Below are positions 40,801 through 53,000 of a stretch of DNA of 64,000 nt, one piece after another. Source of the DNA: Eledone cirrhosa (lineage: Eukaryota); the NCBI GenBank assembly GCA_964016885.1, contig OZ024752.1, forward strand, positions 16,678,001-16,742,000. The letters are read 5' to 3'. The translations under genes and the position numbers were made by a program. The notes beneath the pieces were generated by a model, which was not told the origin of the DNA, searched no databases, and worked only from the letters and a program-made list of their open reading frames with translations. Every line of letters begins with the position of its first letter. The first letter of the stretch is position 1.

Positions 40801-43800
40801 GGGAAGGATCACTCTGATGTCAGCCGTGTGTGGTAGTCGGTCTAGGGGAAGGATCACTCTGATGTCAGCCGTGTGTGGTAGTCTGTCTAGGGGAAGGTTC
40901 ACTCTGATGTCAGCCGTGTGTGGTAGTCTGTCTAGGTGAAGGATCACTCTGATGTCAGCTGTGTGTGGTAGTCTGTCTAGGGGAAGGATCACTCTGATGT
41001 CAGCCATGTGTGGTAGTCTGTCTAGGGGAAGGATAACTCTGATGTCAGCCACGTGTGGTAGTCTGTCTAGGTGAAGGATCACTCTGATGTCAGCCGTGTG
41101 TGGTAGTCTGTTATGGGAAGGATCACTCTGATGTTAGCTGTGTGTGGTAGTCTGTTATGGGAAGGATCACTCTGATGTCAGCTGTGTGTGGTAGTCTGTT
41201 ATGGGAAGGATCACTCTGATGTCAGCCGTGTGTGGTAGTCTGTAATGGGAAGGATCACTCTGATGTCAGCCAAGTGTGGTAGTCTGTCTAGGGGAAGGAT
41301 CACTCTGATGTCACCCGTGTGTGGTAGTCTGTTATGGGAAGGATCACTCTGATGTCAGCGTGTGTGGTAGTCTGTTATGGGAAGGATCACTCTGATGTCA
41401 GCCAAGTGTGGTAGTCTGTCTAGGGGAAGGATCACTCTGATGTCAGCCGCGTGTGGTAGTCTGTTATGGGAAGGATCACTCTGATGTCAGCCGTGTGTGG
41501 TAGTCTGTTATGGGAAGGATCACTCTGATGTCAGCCGTGTGTGGTAGTCTGTTATGGGAAGGATCACTCTGATGTCAGCTGTGTGTGGTAGTCTGTTATG
41601 GGAAGGATCACTCCGATGTCAGCCGTGTGTGGTAGTCTGTCTAGGTAAAGGATCACTCTGATGTCAGCCAAGTGTGGTAGTCTGTCTAGGGGAAGGATCA
41701 CTCTGATGTCATCCGTGTGTGGTAGTCTGTTATGGGAAGGATCACTCTGATGTCAGTCGTGTGTGGTAGTCTGTCTAGGTGAAGGATCACTCTGATGTCA
41801 GTCGTGTGTGGTAGTCTGTTATGGGAAGGATCACTCTGATATCAGCCGTGTGTGGTAGTCTGTCTAGGGGAAGGATCACTCTGATGTCAGCCAAGTGTGG
41901 TAGTCTGTCTAGGGGAAGGATCACTCTGATGTCAGCCGTGTGTGGTAGTCTGTCTAGGTGACGGATCACACTGATGTCAGCCGTGTGTGGTAGTCTGTCT
42001 AGGGGAAGGATCACTCTGATGTCAGCCGTGTGTGGTAGTCTGTCTAGGTGAAGGATCACTCTGATGTCAGCCGTGTGTGATAGTCTGTTATGGGAAGGAT
42101 CACTCTGATGTCAGCCAAGTGTGGTCGTCTGTCTAGGGGAAGGATCACTCTGATGTCAGCCGTGTGTGGTAGTCTGTTATGGGAAGGATCATTCTGATGT
42201 CAGCTGTGTGTGGTAGTCTGTTATGGGAAGGATCACTCTGATGTCAGCTGTGTGTGGTAGTCTGTTATGGGAAGGATCACTCTGATGTCAGCAGTGTGTG
42301 GTAGTCTGTTATGGGAAGGATCACTCTGATGTCAGCCAAGTGTGGTAGTGTGTCTAGAGGAAGGATCACTCTGATGTCAGCCGTGTGTGGTAGTCTGTTA
42401 TGGGAAGGATCACTCTGATGTCAGCGTGTGTGGTAGTCTGTTATGGGAAGGATCACTCTGATGTCAGCCAAGTGTGGTAGTCTGTCTAAGGGAAGGATCA
42501 CTCTGATGTCAGCCGTGTGTGGTAGTCTGTTATGGGAAGGATCACTCTGATGTCAGCCGTGTGTGGTAGTCTGTTATGGGAAGGATCATTCCGATGTCAG
42601 CCGTGTGTGGTAGTCTGTCTAGGGGAAGGATCACTCTGATGTCAGCCGTGTGTGGTAGTCTGTCTAGGTGAAGGATCACTCTGATGTCAGCCAAGTGTGG
42701 TAGTCTGTCTAGGGGAAGGATCACTCTGATGTCAGCCGTGTGTGGTAGCCTGTTATGGGAAGGATCACTCTGATGTCAGCCGTGTCTGGTAGTCTGACTA
42801 GGTGAAGTATCACTCTGATGTCAGTCGTGTATGGTAGTCTGTCTAGGTGAAGGATCACTCTGATGTCAGCCGTGTGTGGTAGTCTGTCTAAGGGAAGGAT
42901 CACTCTGATGTCAGCGTGTGTGGTAGTCTGTCTAAGGGAAGGATCACTCTGATGTCAGCCGTGTGTGGTAGTCTGTCTAGGTGAAGGATCACTCTGATGT
43001 AAGCCGTGTGTGGTAGTCTGTCTAAGGGAAGTATCACTCTGATGTCAGTCATGTGTGGTAGTCTGTTATGGGAAGGATCACTCTGATGTCAGCCGTGTGC
43101 GGTAGTCTGTCTAGGGGAAGGATCACTCTGATGTTTGATGTCAGCCGTGTGTGGTAGTCTGTCTAGGGGAAGGATCACTCTGATGTCAGCTGTGTGTGGC
43201 AGTCTGTCTAGGGGAAGGATCACTCTGATGTCAGCCAAGTGTGGTAGTCTGTCTAGGGGAAGGATCACTCTGATGTCAGTCATGTGTGGTAGTCTGTATA
43301 GGGGAAGGATCACTCTGATGTCAGCCGTGTGTGGTAGTGTGTCTAGGGGAAGGATCACTCTGATGTCAGCTGTGTGTGGCAGTCTGTCTAGGGGAAGGAT
43401 AACTCCGATGTCAGCCGTGTGTGGTAGTCTGTCTAGGGGAAGAATCACTCTGATGTCAGCCGTGTGTGGTAGTCTGTCCAGGGGAAGGATCACTCTGATG
43501 TCAGCTGTGTGTGGCAGTCTGTCTAGGGGAAGGATCACTCTGATGTCAGCCGTGTGCGGTAGTCTGTCTAGGGGAAGGATCACTCTGATGTCAGCTGTGT
43601 GTGGCAGTCTGTCTAGGGGAAGGATCACTCTGATGTCAGCTGTGTGTGGTAGTCTGTCTAGGGGAAGGATCACTCTGATGTCAGTCATGTGTGGTAGTCT
43701 CTCTAGGGGAAGGATCACTCTGATGTCAGCTGTGTGTGGTAGTCTGTCTAGGGGAAGTATCACTCTGATGTCAGCTGTGTGTGGTAGTCTGTCTAGGGGA

Positions 43801-46162
43801 AGGATCACTCTGATGTCAGCTGTGTGTGGTAGTCTGTCTAGGGGAAGGATCACTCTGATGTCAGCTGTGTGTGGTAGTCTGTCTAGGGGAAGGACCACTC
43901 TGATGTCATGTGTGTGTTGTAGTCTGTCTCGGGGAAGAATCACTCTGATGTCAGTCGTGTGTGGTAGTCTGTCTAGGGGAAGGATCACTCTGATGTCAGC
44001 TGTGTGTGGCAGTCTGTCTAGGGGAAGGATCACTCTGATGTCAGCCGTGTGTGGTAGTCTGTCTAGGGGAAGGATCACTCAGATGTCAGCCGTGTGTGGT
44101 AGTCTGTCTAAGGGAAGGATCACTCTGATGTCAGCCGTGTGTGGTAGTCGGTCTAGGGGAAGGATCACTCTGATGTCAGCCGTGTGTGGTAGTCTGTCTA
44201 GGGGAAGGTTCACTCTGATGTCAGCCGTGTGTGGTAGTCTGTCTAGGTGAAGGATCACTCTGATGTCAGCCGTGTGTGGTAGTCTGTTATGGGAAGGATC
44301 ACTCCGATGTCAGCCGTGTGTGGTAGTCTGTCTAGGGGAAGGATTACTCTGATGTCAGCTGTGTGTGGTAGTCTGTTATGAGAAGGATCACTCTGATGTC
44401 AGCCGTGTGTGGTAGTCTGTTATGGGAAGGAACATTCCGATGTCAGCCGTGTGTGGTAGTCTGTCTAGGGGAAGGATCACTCTGATGTCAGCCGTGTGTG
44501 GTAGTCTGTCTAGATGAAGGATCACTCTGATGTCAGCCAAGTGTGGTAGTCTGTCTAGGGGAAGGATCACTCTGATGTCAGCCGTGTGTGGTAGTCTGTT
44601 ATGGGAAGGATCACTCTGATGTCAGCCGTGTCTGGTAGTCTGACTAGGTGAAGGATCACTCTGATGTCAGTCGTGTATGGTAGTCTGTCTAGGTGAAGGA
44701 TCACTCTGATGTCAGCCGTGTGTGGTAGTCTGTCTAAGGGAAGGATCACTCTGATGTCAGCGTGTGTGGTAGTCTGTCAAAGGGAAGGATCACTCTGATG
44801 TCAGCCGTGTGTGGTAGTCTGTCTAGGTGAAGGATCACTCTGATGTAAGCCGTGTGTGGTAGTCTGTCTAAGGGAAGTATCACTCTGATGTCAGTCATGT
44901 GTGGTAGTCTGTCTAGGGGAAGGATCACTCTGATGTCAGCCGTGTGTGCTAGTCTGTCTAGGGGAAGGATCACTCTGATGTCAGCCGTGTGTGGTAGTCT
45001 GTCTAGGTGACGGATCACACTGATGTCTGCCGTGTGTGGTAGTCTGTCTAGGGGAAGGATCACTCTGATGTCAGCCGTGTGTGGTAGTCTGTCTAGGTGA
45101 AGGATCACTCTGATGTCAGCCGTGTGTGGTAGTCTGTTATGGGAAGGATCACTCTGATGTCAGCCAAGTGTGGTAGTCTGTCTAGGGGAAGGATCACTCT
45201 GATGTCAGCCGTGTGTGGTAGTCTGTTATGGGAAGGATCATTCTGATGTCAGCTGTGTGTGGTAGTCTGTTATGGGAAGGATCACTCTGATGTCAGCTGT
45301 GTGTGGTAGTCTGTTATGGGAAGGATCACTCTGATGTCAGCAGTGTGTGGTAGTCTGTTATGGGAAGGATCACTCTGATGTCAGCCAAGTGTGGTAGTGT
45401 GTCTAGAGGAAGGATCACTCTGATGTCAGCCGTGTGTGGTAGTCTGTTATGGGAAGGATCACTCTGATGTCAGCGTGTGTGGTAGTCTTTTATGGGAAGG
45501 ATCACTCTGATGTCAGCCAAGTGTGGTAGTCTGTCTAAGGGAAGGATCACTCTGATGTCAGCCGTGTGTGGTAGTCTGTTATGGGAAGGATCACTCTGAT
45601 GTCAGCCGTGTGTGGTAGTCTGTTATGGGAAGGATCATTCCGATGTCAGCCGTGTGTGGTAGTCTGTCTAGGGGAAGGATCACTCTGATGTCAGCCGTGT
45701 GTGGTAGTCTGTCTAGGTGAAGGATCACTCTGATGTCAGCTGTGTGTGGTAGTCTGTCTAGGGGAAGGACCACTCTGATGTCATGTGTGTGTTGTAGTCT
45801 GTCTCGGGGAAGAATCACTCTGATGTCAGTCGTGTGTGGTAGTCTGTCTAGGGGAAGGATCACTCTGATGTCAGCTGTGTGTGGCAGTCTGTCTAGGGGA
45901 AGGATAACTCTGATGTCAGCCGTGTGTGGTAGTCTGTCTAGGGGAAGGATCACTCTGATGTCAGCCGTGTGTGGTAGTCTGTCTAAGGGAAGGATCACTC
46001 TGATGTCAGCCGTGTGTGGTAGTCGGTCTAGGGGAAGGATCACTCTGATGTCAGCCGTGTGTGGTAGTCTGTCTAGGGGAAGGTTCACTCTGATGTCAGC
46101 CGTGTGTGGTAGTCTGTCTAGGTGAAGGATCACTCTGATGTCAGCCGTGTGTGGTAGTCTGT
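33187..46162. repeat. Partial copy of the 17,887-bp HOR (matches 1-13,066) carrying a 90-bp, 2-monomer deletion near 43,330
   Basis: The offset is 33,186 up to 43,089 and 33,096 afterwards (11292->44388, 12495->45591). The 401-aa repeat ORF becomes 371 aa. Collinearity breaks at 46,163 vs 13,067. Confidence 0.88.
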
Positions 46163-47590
46163 TATGGGAAGGATCACTCCGATGTCAGCCGTGTGTGGTA
46201 GTCTGTCTAGGGGAAGGATTACTCTGATGTCAGCTGTGTGTGGTAGTCTGTTATGAGAAGGATCACTCTGATGTCAGCCGTGTGTGGTAGTCTGTTATGG
46301 GAAGGATCATTCCGATGTCAGCCGTGTGTGGTAGTCTGTCTAGGGGAAGGATCACTCTGATGTCAGCCGTGTGTGGTAGTCTGTCTAGATGAAGGATCAC
46401 TCTGATGTCAGCCAAGTGTGGTAGTCTGTCTAGGGGAAGGATCAATCTGATGTCAGCCGTGTGTGGTAGTCTGTTATGGGAAGGATCACTCTGATGTCAG
46501 CCGTGTCTGGTAGTCTGACTAGGTGAAGGATCACTCTGATGTCAGTCGTGTATGGTAGTCTGTCTAGGTGAAGGATCACTCTGATGTCAGCCGTGTGTGG
46601 TAGTCTGTCTAAGGGAAGGATCACTCTGATGTCAGCGTGTGTGGTAGTCTGTCTAAGGGAAGGATCACTCTGATGTCAGCCGTGTGTGGTAGTCTGTCTA
46701 GGTGAAGGATCACTCTGATGTAAGCCGTGTGTGGTAGTCTGTCTAAGGGAAGTATCACTCTGATGTCAGTCATGTGTGGTAGTCTGTCTAGGGGAAGGAT
46801 CACTCTGATGTCAGCCGTGTGTGCTAGTCTGTCTAGGGGAAGGATCACTCTGATGTCAGCCGTGTGTGGTAGTCTGTCTAGGTGACGGATCACACTGATG
46901 TCTGCCGTGTGTGGTAGTCTGTCTAGGGGAAGGATCACTCTGATGTCAGCCGTGTGTGGTAGTCTGTCTAGGTGAAGGATCACTCTGATGTCAGCCGTGT
47001 GTGGTAGTCTGTTATGGGAAGGATCACTCTGATGTCAGCCAAGTGTGGTAGTCTGTCTAGGGGAAGGATCACTCTGATGTCAGCCGTGTGTGGTAGTCTG
47101 TTATGGGAAGGATCATTCTGATGTCAGCTGTGTGTGGTAGTCTGTTATGGGAAGGATCACTCTGATGTCAGCTGTGTGTGGTAGTCTGTTATGGGAAGGA
47201 TCACTCTGATGTCAGCAGTGTGTGGTAGTCTGTTATGGGAAGGATCACTCTGATGTCAGCCAAGTGTGGTAGTGTGTCTAGAGGAAGGATCACTCTGATG
47301 TCAGCCGTGTGTGGTAGTCTGTTATGGGAAGGATCACTCTGATGTCAGCGTGTGTGGTAGTCTGTTATGGGAAGGATCACTCTGATGTCAGCCAAGTGTG
47401 GTAGTCTGTCTAAGGGAAGGATCACTCTGATGTCAGCCGTGTGTGGTAGTCTGTTATGGGAAGGATCTCTCTGATGTCAGCCGTGTGTGGTAGTCTGTTA
47501 TGGGAAGGATCATTCCGATGTCAGCCGTGTGTGGTAGTCTGTCTAGGGGAAGGATCACTCTGATGTCAGCCGTGTGTGGTAGTCTGTCTA
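43850..47590. repeat. 1,875-bp-period (42-monomer) tandem duplication (ends approximate)
   Basis: ORF offsets 44388->46263, 44567->46442 and 44746->46621 are all 1,875. Confidence 0.85.
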
Positions 47591-50041
47591 GGTGAAGGAT
47601 CACTCTGATGTCAGCCAAGTGTGGTAGTCTGTCTAGGGGAAGGATCTCTCTGATGTCAGCCGTGTGTGGTAGCCTGTTATGGGAAGGATCACTCTGATGT
47701 CAGCCGTGTCTGGTAGTCTGACTAGGTGAAGGATCACTCTGATGTCAGTCGTGTATGGTAGTCTGTCTAGGTGAAGGATCACTCTGATGTCAGCCGTGTG
47801 TGGTAGTCTGTCTAAGGGAAGGATCACTCTGATGTCAGCGTGTGTGGTAGTCTGTCTAAGGGAAGGATCACTCTGATATCAGCCGTGTGTGGTAGTCTGT
47901 CTAGGTGAAGGATCACTCTGATGTAAGCCGTGTGTGGTAGTCTGTCTAAGGGAAGTATCACTCTGATGTCAGTCATGTGTGGTAGTCTGTTATGGGAAGG
48001 ATCACTCTGATGTCAGCCGTGTGCGGTAGTCTGTCTAGGGGAAGGATCACTCTGATGTCTGATGTCAGCCGTGTGTGGTAGTCTGTCTAGGGGAAGGATC
48101 ACTCTGATGTCAGCTGTGTGTGGCAGTCTGTCTAGGGGAAGGATCACTCTGATGTCAGCCAAGTGTGGTAGTCTGTCTAGGGGAAGGATCACTCTGATGT
48201 CAGTCATGTGTGGTAGTCTGTCTAGGGGAAGGATCACTCTGATGTCAGCCGTGTGTGGTAGTCTGTCTAGGGGAAGGATCACTCTGATGTCAGCTGTGTG
48301 TGGTAGTCTGTCTAAGGGAAGGATCACTCTGATGTCAGCCGTGTGTGGTAGTGTGTCTAGGGGAAGGATCACTCTGATGTCAGCTGTGTGTGGCAGTCTG
48401 TCTAGGGGAAGGATAACTCCGATGTCAGCCGTGTGTGGTAGTCTGTCTAGGGGAAGAATCACTCTGATGTCAGCCGTGTGTGGTAGTCTGTCCAGGGGAA
48501 GGATCACTCTGATGTCAGCTGTGTGTGGCAGTCTGTCTAGGGGAAGGATAACTCTGATGTCAGCCGTGTGCGGTAGTCTGTCTAGAGGAAGGATCACTCT
48601 GATGTCAGCTGTGTGTGGCAGTCTGTCTAGGGGAAGGATCACTCTGATGTCAGCTGTGTGTGATAGTCTGTCTAGGGGAAGGATCACTCTGATGTCAGTC
48701 ATGTGTGGTAGTCTGTCTAGGGGAAGGATCACTCTGATGTCAGCTGTGTGTGGTAGTCTGTCTAGGGGAAGGATCACTCTGATGTCAGCTGTGTGTGGTA
48801 GTCTGTCTAGGGGAAGGATCACTCTGATGTCAGCTGTGTGTGGTAGTCTGTCTAGGGGAAGGATCACTCTGATGTCAGCTGTGTGTGGTAGTCTGTCTAG
48901 GGGAAGGACCACTCTGATGTCATGTGTGTGTTGTAGTCTGTCTCGGGGAAGAATCACTCTGATGTCAGTCGTGTGTGGTAGTCTGTCTAGGGGAAGGATC
49001 ACTCTGATGTCAGCTGTGTGTGGCAGTCTGTCTAGGGGAAGGATCACTCTGATGTCAGCCGTGTGTGGTAGTCTGTCTAGGGGAAGGATCACTCAGATGT
49101 CAGCCGTGTGTGGTAGTCTGTCTAAGGGAAGGATCACTCTGATGTCAGCCGTGTGTGGTAGTCGGTCTAGGGGAAGGATCACTCTGATGTCAGCCGTGTG
49201 TGGTAGTCTGTCTAGGGGAAGGTTCACTCTGATGTCAGCCGTGTGTGGTAGTCTGTCTAGTTGAAGGATCACTCTGATGTCAGCCGTGTGTGGTAGTCTG
49301 TTATGGGAAGGATCACTCTGATGTCAGCTGTGTTTGGTAGTCTGTTATGGGAAGGATCACTCCGATGTCAGCCGTGTGTGGTAGTCTGTCTAGGGGAAGG
49401 ATTACTCTGATGTCAGCTGTGTGTGGTAGTCTGTTATGAGAAGGATAACTCTGATGTCAGCCGTGTGTGGTAGTCTGTTATGGGAAGGATCATTCCGATG
49501 TCAGCCGTGTGTGGTAGTCTGTCTAGGGGAAGGATCACTCTGATGTCAGCCGTGTGTGGTAGTCTGTCTAGGTGAAGGATCACTCTGATGTCAGCCAAGT
49601 GTGGTAGTCTGTCTAGGGGAAGGATCACTCTGATGTCAGCCGTGTGTGGTAGTCTGTTATGGGAAGGATCACTCTGATGTCAGCCGTGTCTGGTAGTCTG
49701 ACTAGGTGAAGGATCACTCTGATGTCAGTCGTGTATGGTAGTCTGTCTAGGTGAAGGATCACTCTGATGTCAGCCGTGTGTGGTAGTCTGTCTAAGGGAA
49801 GGATCACTCTGATGTCAGCGTGTGTGGTAGTCTGTCTAAGGGAAGGATCACTCTGATGTCAGCCGTGTGTGGTAGTCTGTCTAGGTGAAGGATCACTCTG
49901 ATGTAAGCCGTGTGTGGTAGTCTGTCTAAGGGAAGTATCACTCTGATGTCATTCATGTGTGGTAGTCTGTTATGGGAAGGATCACTCTGATGTCAGCCGT
50001 GTGCGGTAGTCTGTCTAGGGGAAGGATCACTCTGATGTCTG

Positions 50042-53000
50042 ATGTCAGCCGTGTGTGGTAGTCTGTCTAGGGGAAGGATCACTCTGATGTCAGCTGTGTG
50101 TGGCAGTCTGTCTAGGGGAAGGATCACTCTGATGTTAGCCAAGTGTGGTAGTCTGTCTAGGGGAAGGATCACTCTGATGTCAGTCATGTGTGGTAGTCTG
50201 TCTAGGGGAAGGATCACTCTGATGTCAGCCGTGTGTGGTAGTCTGTCTAGGGGAAGGATCACTCTGATGTCAGCCGTGTGTGGTAGTCTGTCTAGGGGAA
50301 GGATCACTCAGATGTCAGCCGTGTGTGGTAGTCTGTCTAGGGGAAGGATCACTCTGATGTCAGCTGTGTGTGGTAGTCTGTCTAAGGGAAGGATCACTCT
50401 GATGTCAGCCGTGTGTGGTAGTGTGTCTAGGGGAAGGATCACTCTGATGTCAGCTGTGTGTGGCAGTCTGTCTAGGGGAAGGATAACTCCGATGTCAGCC
50501 GTGTGTGGTAGTCTGTCTAGGGGAAGAATCACTCTGATGTCAGCCGTGTGTGGTAGTCTGTCCAGGGGAAGGATCACTCTGATGTCAGCTGTGTGTGGCA
50601 GTCTGTCTAGGGGAAGGATCACTCTGATGTCAGCCGTGTGCGGTAGTCTGTCTAGGGGAAGGATCACTCTGATGTCAGCTGTGTGTGGCAGTCTGTCTAG
50701 GGGAAGGATCACTCTGATGTCAGTCATGTGTGGTAGTCTGTCTAGGGGAAGGATCACTCTGATGTCAGCTGTGTGTGGTAGTCTGTCTAGGGGAAGGATC
50801 ACTCTGATGTCAGCTGTGTGTGGTAGTCTGTCTAGGGGAAGGATCACTCTGATGTCAGCTGTGTGTGGTAGTCTGTCTAGGGGAAGGATCACTCTGATGT
50901 CAGCCGTGTGTGGTAGTCTGTCTAGGGGAAGGATCACTCTGATGTCAGCTGTGTGTGGTAGTCTGTCTAGGGGAAGGACCACTCTGATGTCATGTGCGTG
51001 TTGTAGTCTGTCTCGGGGAAGAATCACTCTGATGTCAGTCGTGTGTGGTAGTCTGTCTAGGGGAAGGATCACTCTGATGTCAGCTGTGTGTGGCAGTCTG
51101 TTTAGGGGAAGGATCACTCTGATGTCAGCCGTGTGTGGTAGTCTCTCTAGGGGAACGATCATTCTGATGTCAGCTGTGTGTGGTAGTCTGTCTAGGGGAA
51201 GGATCACTCTGATGTCAGCTGTGTGTGGCAGTGTGTCTAGGGGAAAGATCACTCTGATGTCAGCCGTGTGTGGTAGTCTGTCTAGGGGAAGGATCACTCT
51301 GATGTCAGCTGTGTGTTGTAGTCTATCTAGGGGAAGGATCACTCTGATGTCAGCTGTGTGTGGTAGTCTGTCTAGGGGAAGGATCACTCTGATGTCAGTC
51401 ATGTGTGGTAGTCTGTCTAGGGGAAGGATCACTCTGATGTCAGCCGTGTGTGGTAGTCTGTCTAGGGGAAGGATCACTCTGATGTCAGCTGTGTGTGGCA
51501 GTCTGTCTAGGGGAAGGATCACTCTGATGTCAGCCGTGTGTGGTAGTCTGTCTAAGGGAAGGATCACTCTGATGTCAGCCGTGTGTTGTAGTCTGTCTCG
51601 GGGAAGGATCACTCTGATGTCAGTCGTGTGTGGTAGTCTGTCTAGGGGAAGGATAACTCAGATGTCAGCTGTGTGTGGTAGTCTGTCTAAGGGAAGGATC
51701 ACTCTGATGTCAGCCGTGTGTGGTAGTCTGTCTAGGGGAAGGATTACTCTGATGTCAGTCATGTGTGGTAGTCTGTCTAGGGGAAGGATCACTCTGATGT
51801 CAGCTGTGTGTGGTAGTCTGTCTAGGGGAGGGATCACTCTGATGTCAGCCGTGTGTGGTAGTCTGTCTAGGGGAAGGATCACTCTGATGTCAGTCATGAG
51901 TGGTAGTCTGTCTAGGGGAAGGATCACTCTGATGTCAGCTGTGTGTGGTAGTCTGTCTAGGGGAAGGATCACCCTGATGTTAGCCGTGTGTGGTAGTCTG
52001 TCTAGGGGAAGGATTACTCTGATGTCAGCTGTGTGTGGTAGTTTGTCTAAGGGAAGGATCACTCTGATGTCAGCTGTGTGTGGTAGTCTGTCTCGGGGAA
52101 GGATCACTCTGATGTCAGTCGTGTGTGGTAGTCTGTCTAGGGGAAGGATAACTCTGATGTCAGCTGTGTGTGGTAGTCTGTCTCGGGGAAGGATCACTCT
52201 GATGTCAGCCGTGTGTGGTAGTCTGTCTAGGGGAAGGATCACTCTGATGTCAGCTGTGTGTGGCAGTCTGTCTAGGGGAAGGATAACTCCGATGTCAGCC
52301 GTGTGTGGTAGTCTGTCTAGGGGAAGAATCACTCTGATGTCAGCCGTGTGTGGTAGTCTGTCTAGGGGAAGGATCACTCTGATGTCAGCTGTGTGTGGCA
52401 GTCTGTCTAGGGGAAGGATCACTCTGATGTCAGCCGTGTGTGGTAGTCTGTCTAGGGGAAGGATCACTCTGATGTCAGCTGTGTGTGGTAGTCTGTCTAG
52501 GGGAAGGACCACTCTGATGTCAGCTGTGTGTGGTAGTCTGTCTCGGGGAAGGATCACTCTGATGTCAGTCGTGTGTGGTAGTCTGTCTAGGGGAAGGATA
52601 ACTCTGAAGTAAGCTGTGTGTGGTAGTCTGTCTCGGGGAAGGATCACTCTGATGTCAGCCGTGTGTGGTAGTCTGTCTAAGGGAAGGATCACTCTGATGT
52701 CAGCCGTGTGTGGTAGTCTGTCTAGGGGAAGGATCACTCTGATGTCAGCCGTGTGTGGTAGTCTGTCTACGGGAAGGATCACTCTGATATCAGCTGTCTG
52801 TGGCAGTCTGTCTAGGGGAAGGATCACTCTGATGTCAGCCGTGTGTGGTAGTCTGTCTAAGGGAAGGATCACTCTGATGTCAGCCGTGTGTGGTAGTCTG
52901 TCTAGGGGAAGGATCACTCTGATGTCAGCCGTGTGTGGTAGTCTGTCTAAGGGAAGGATCACTCTGATGTCAGCTGTGTGTGGCAGTCTGTCTAGGGGAA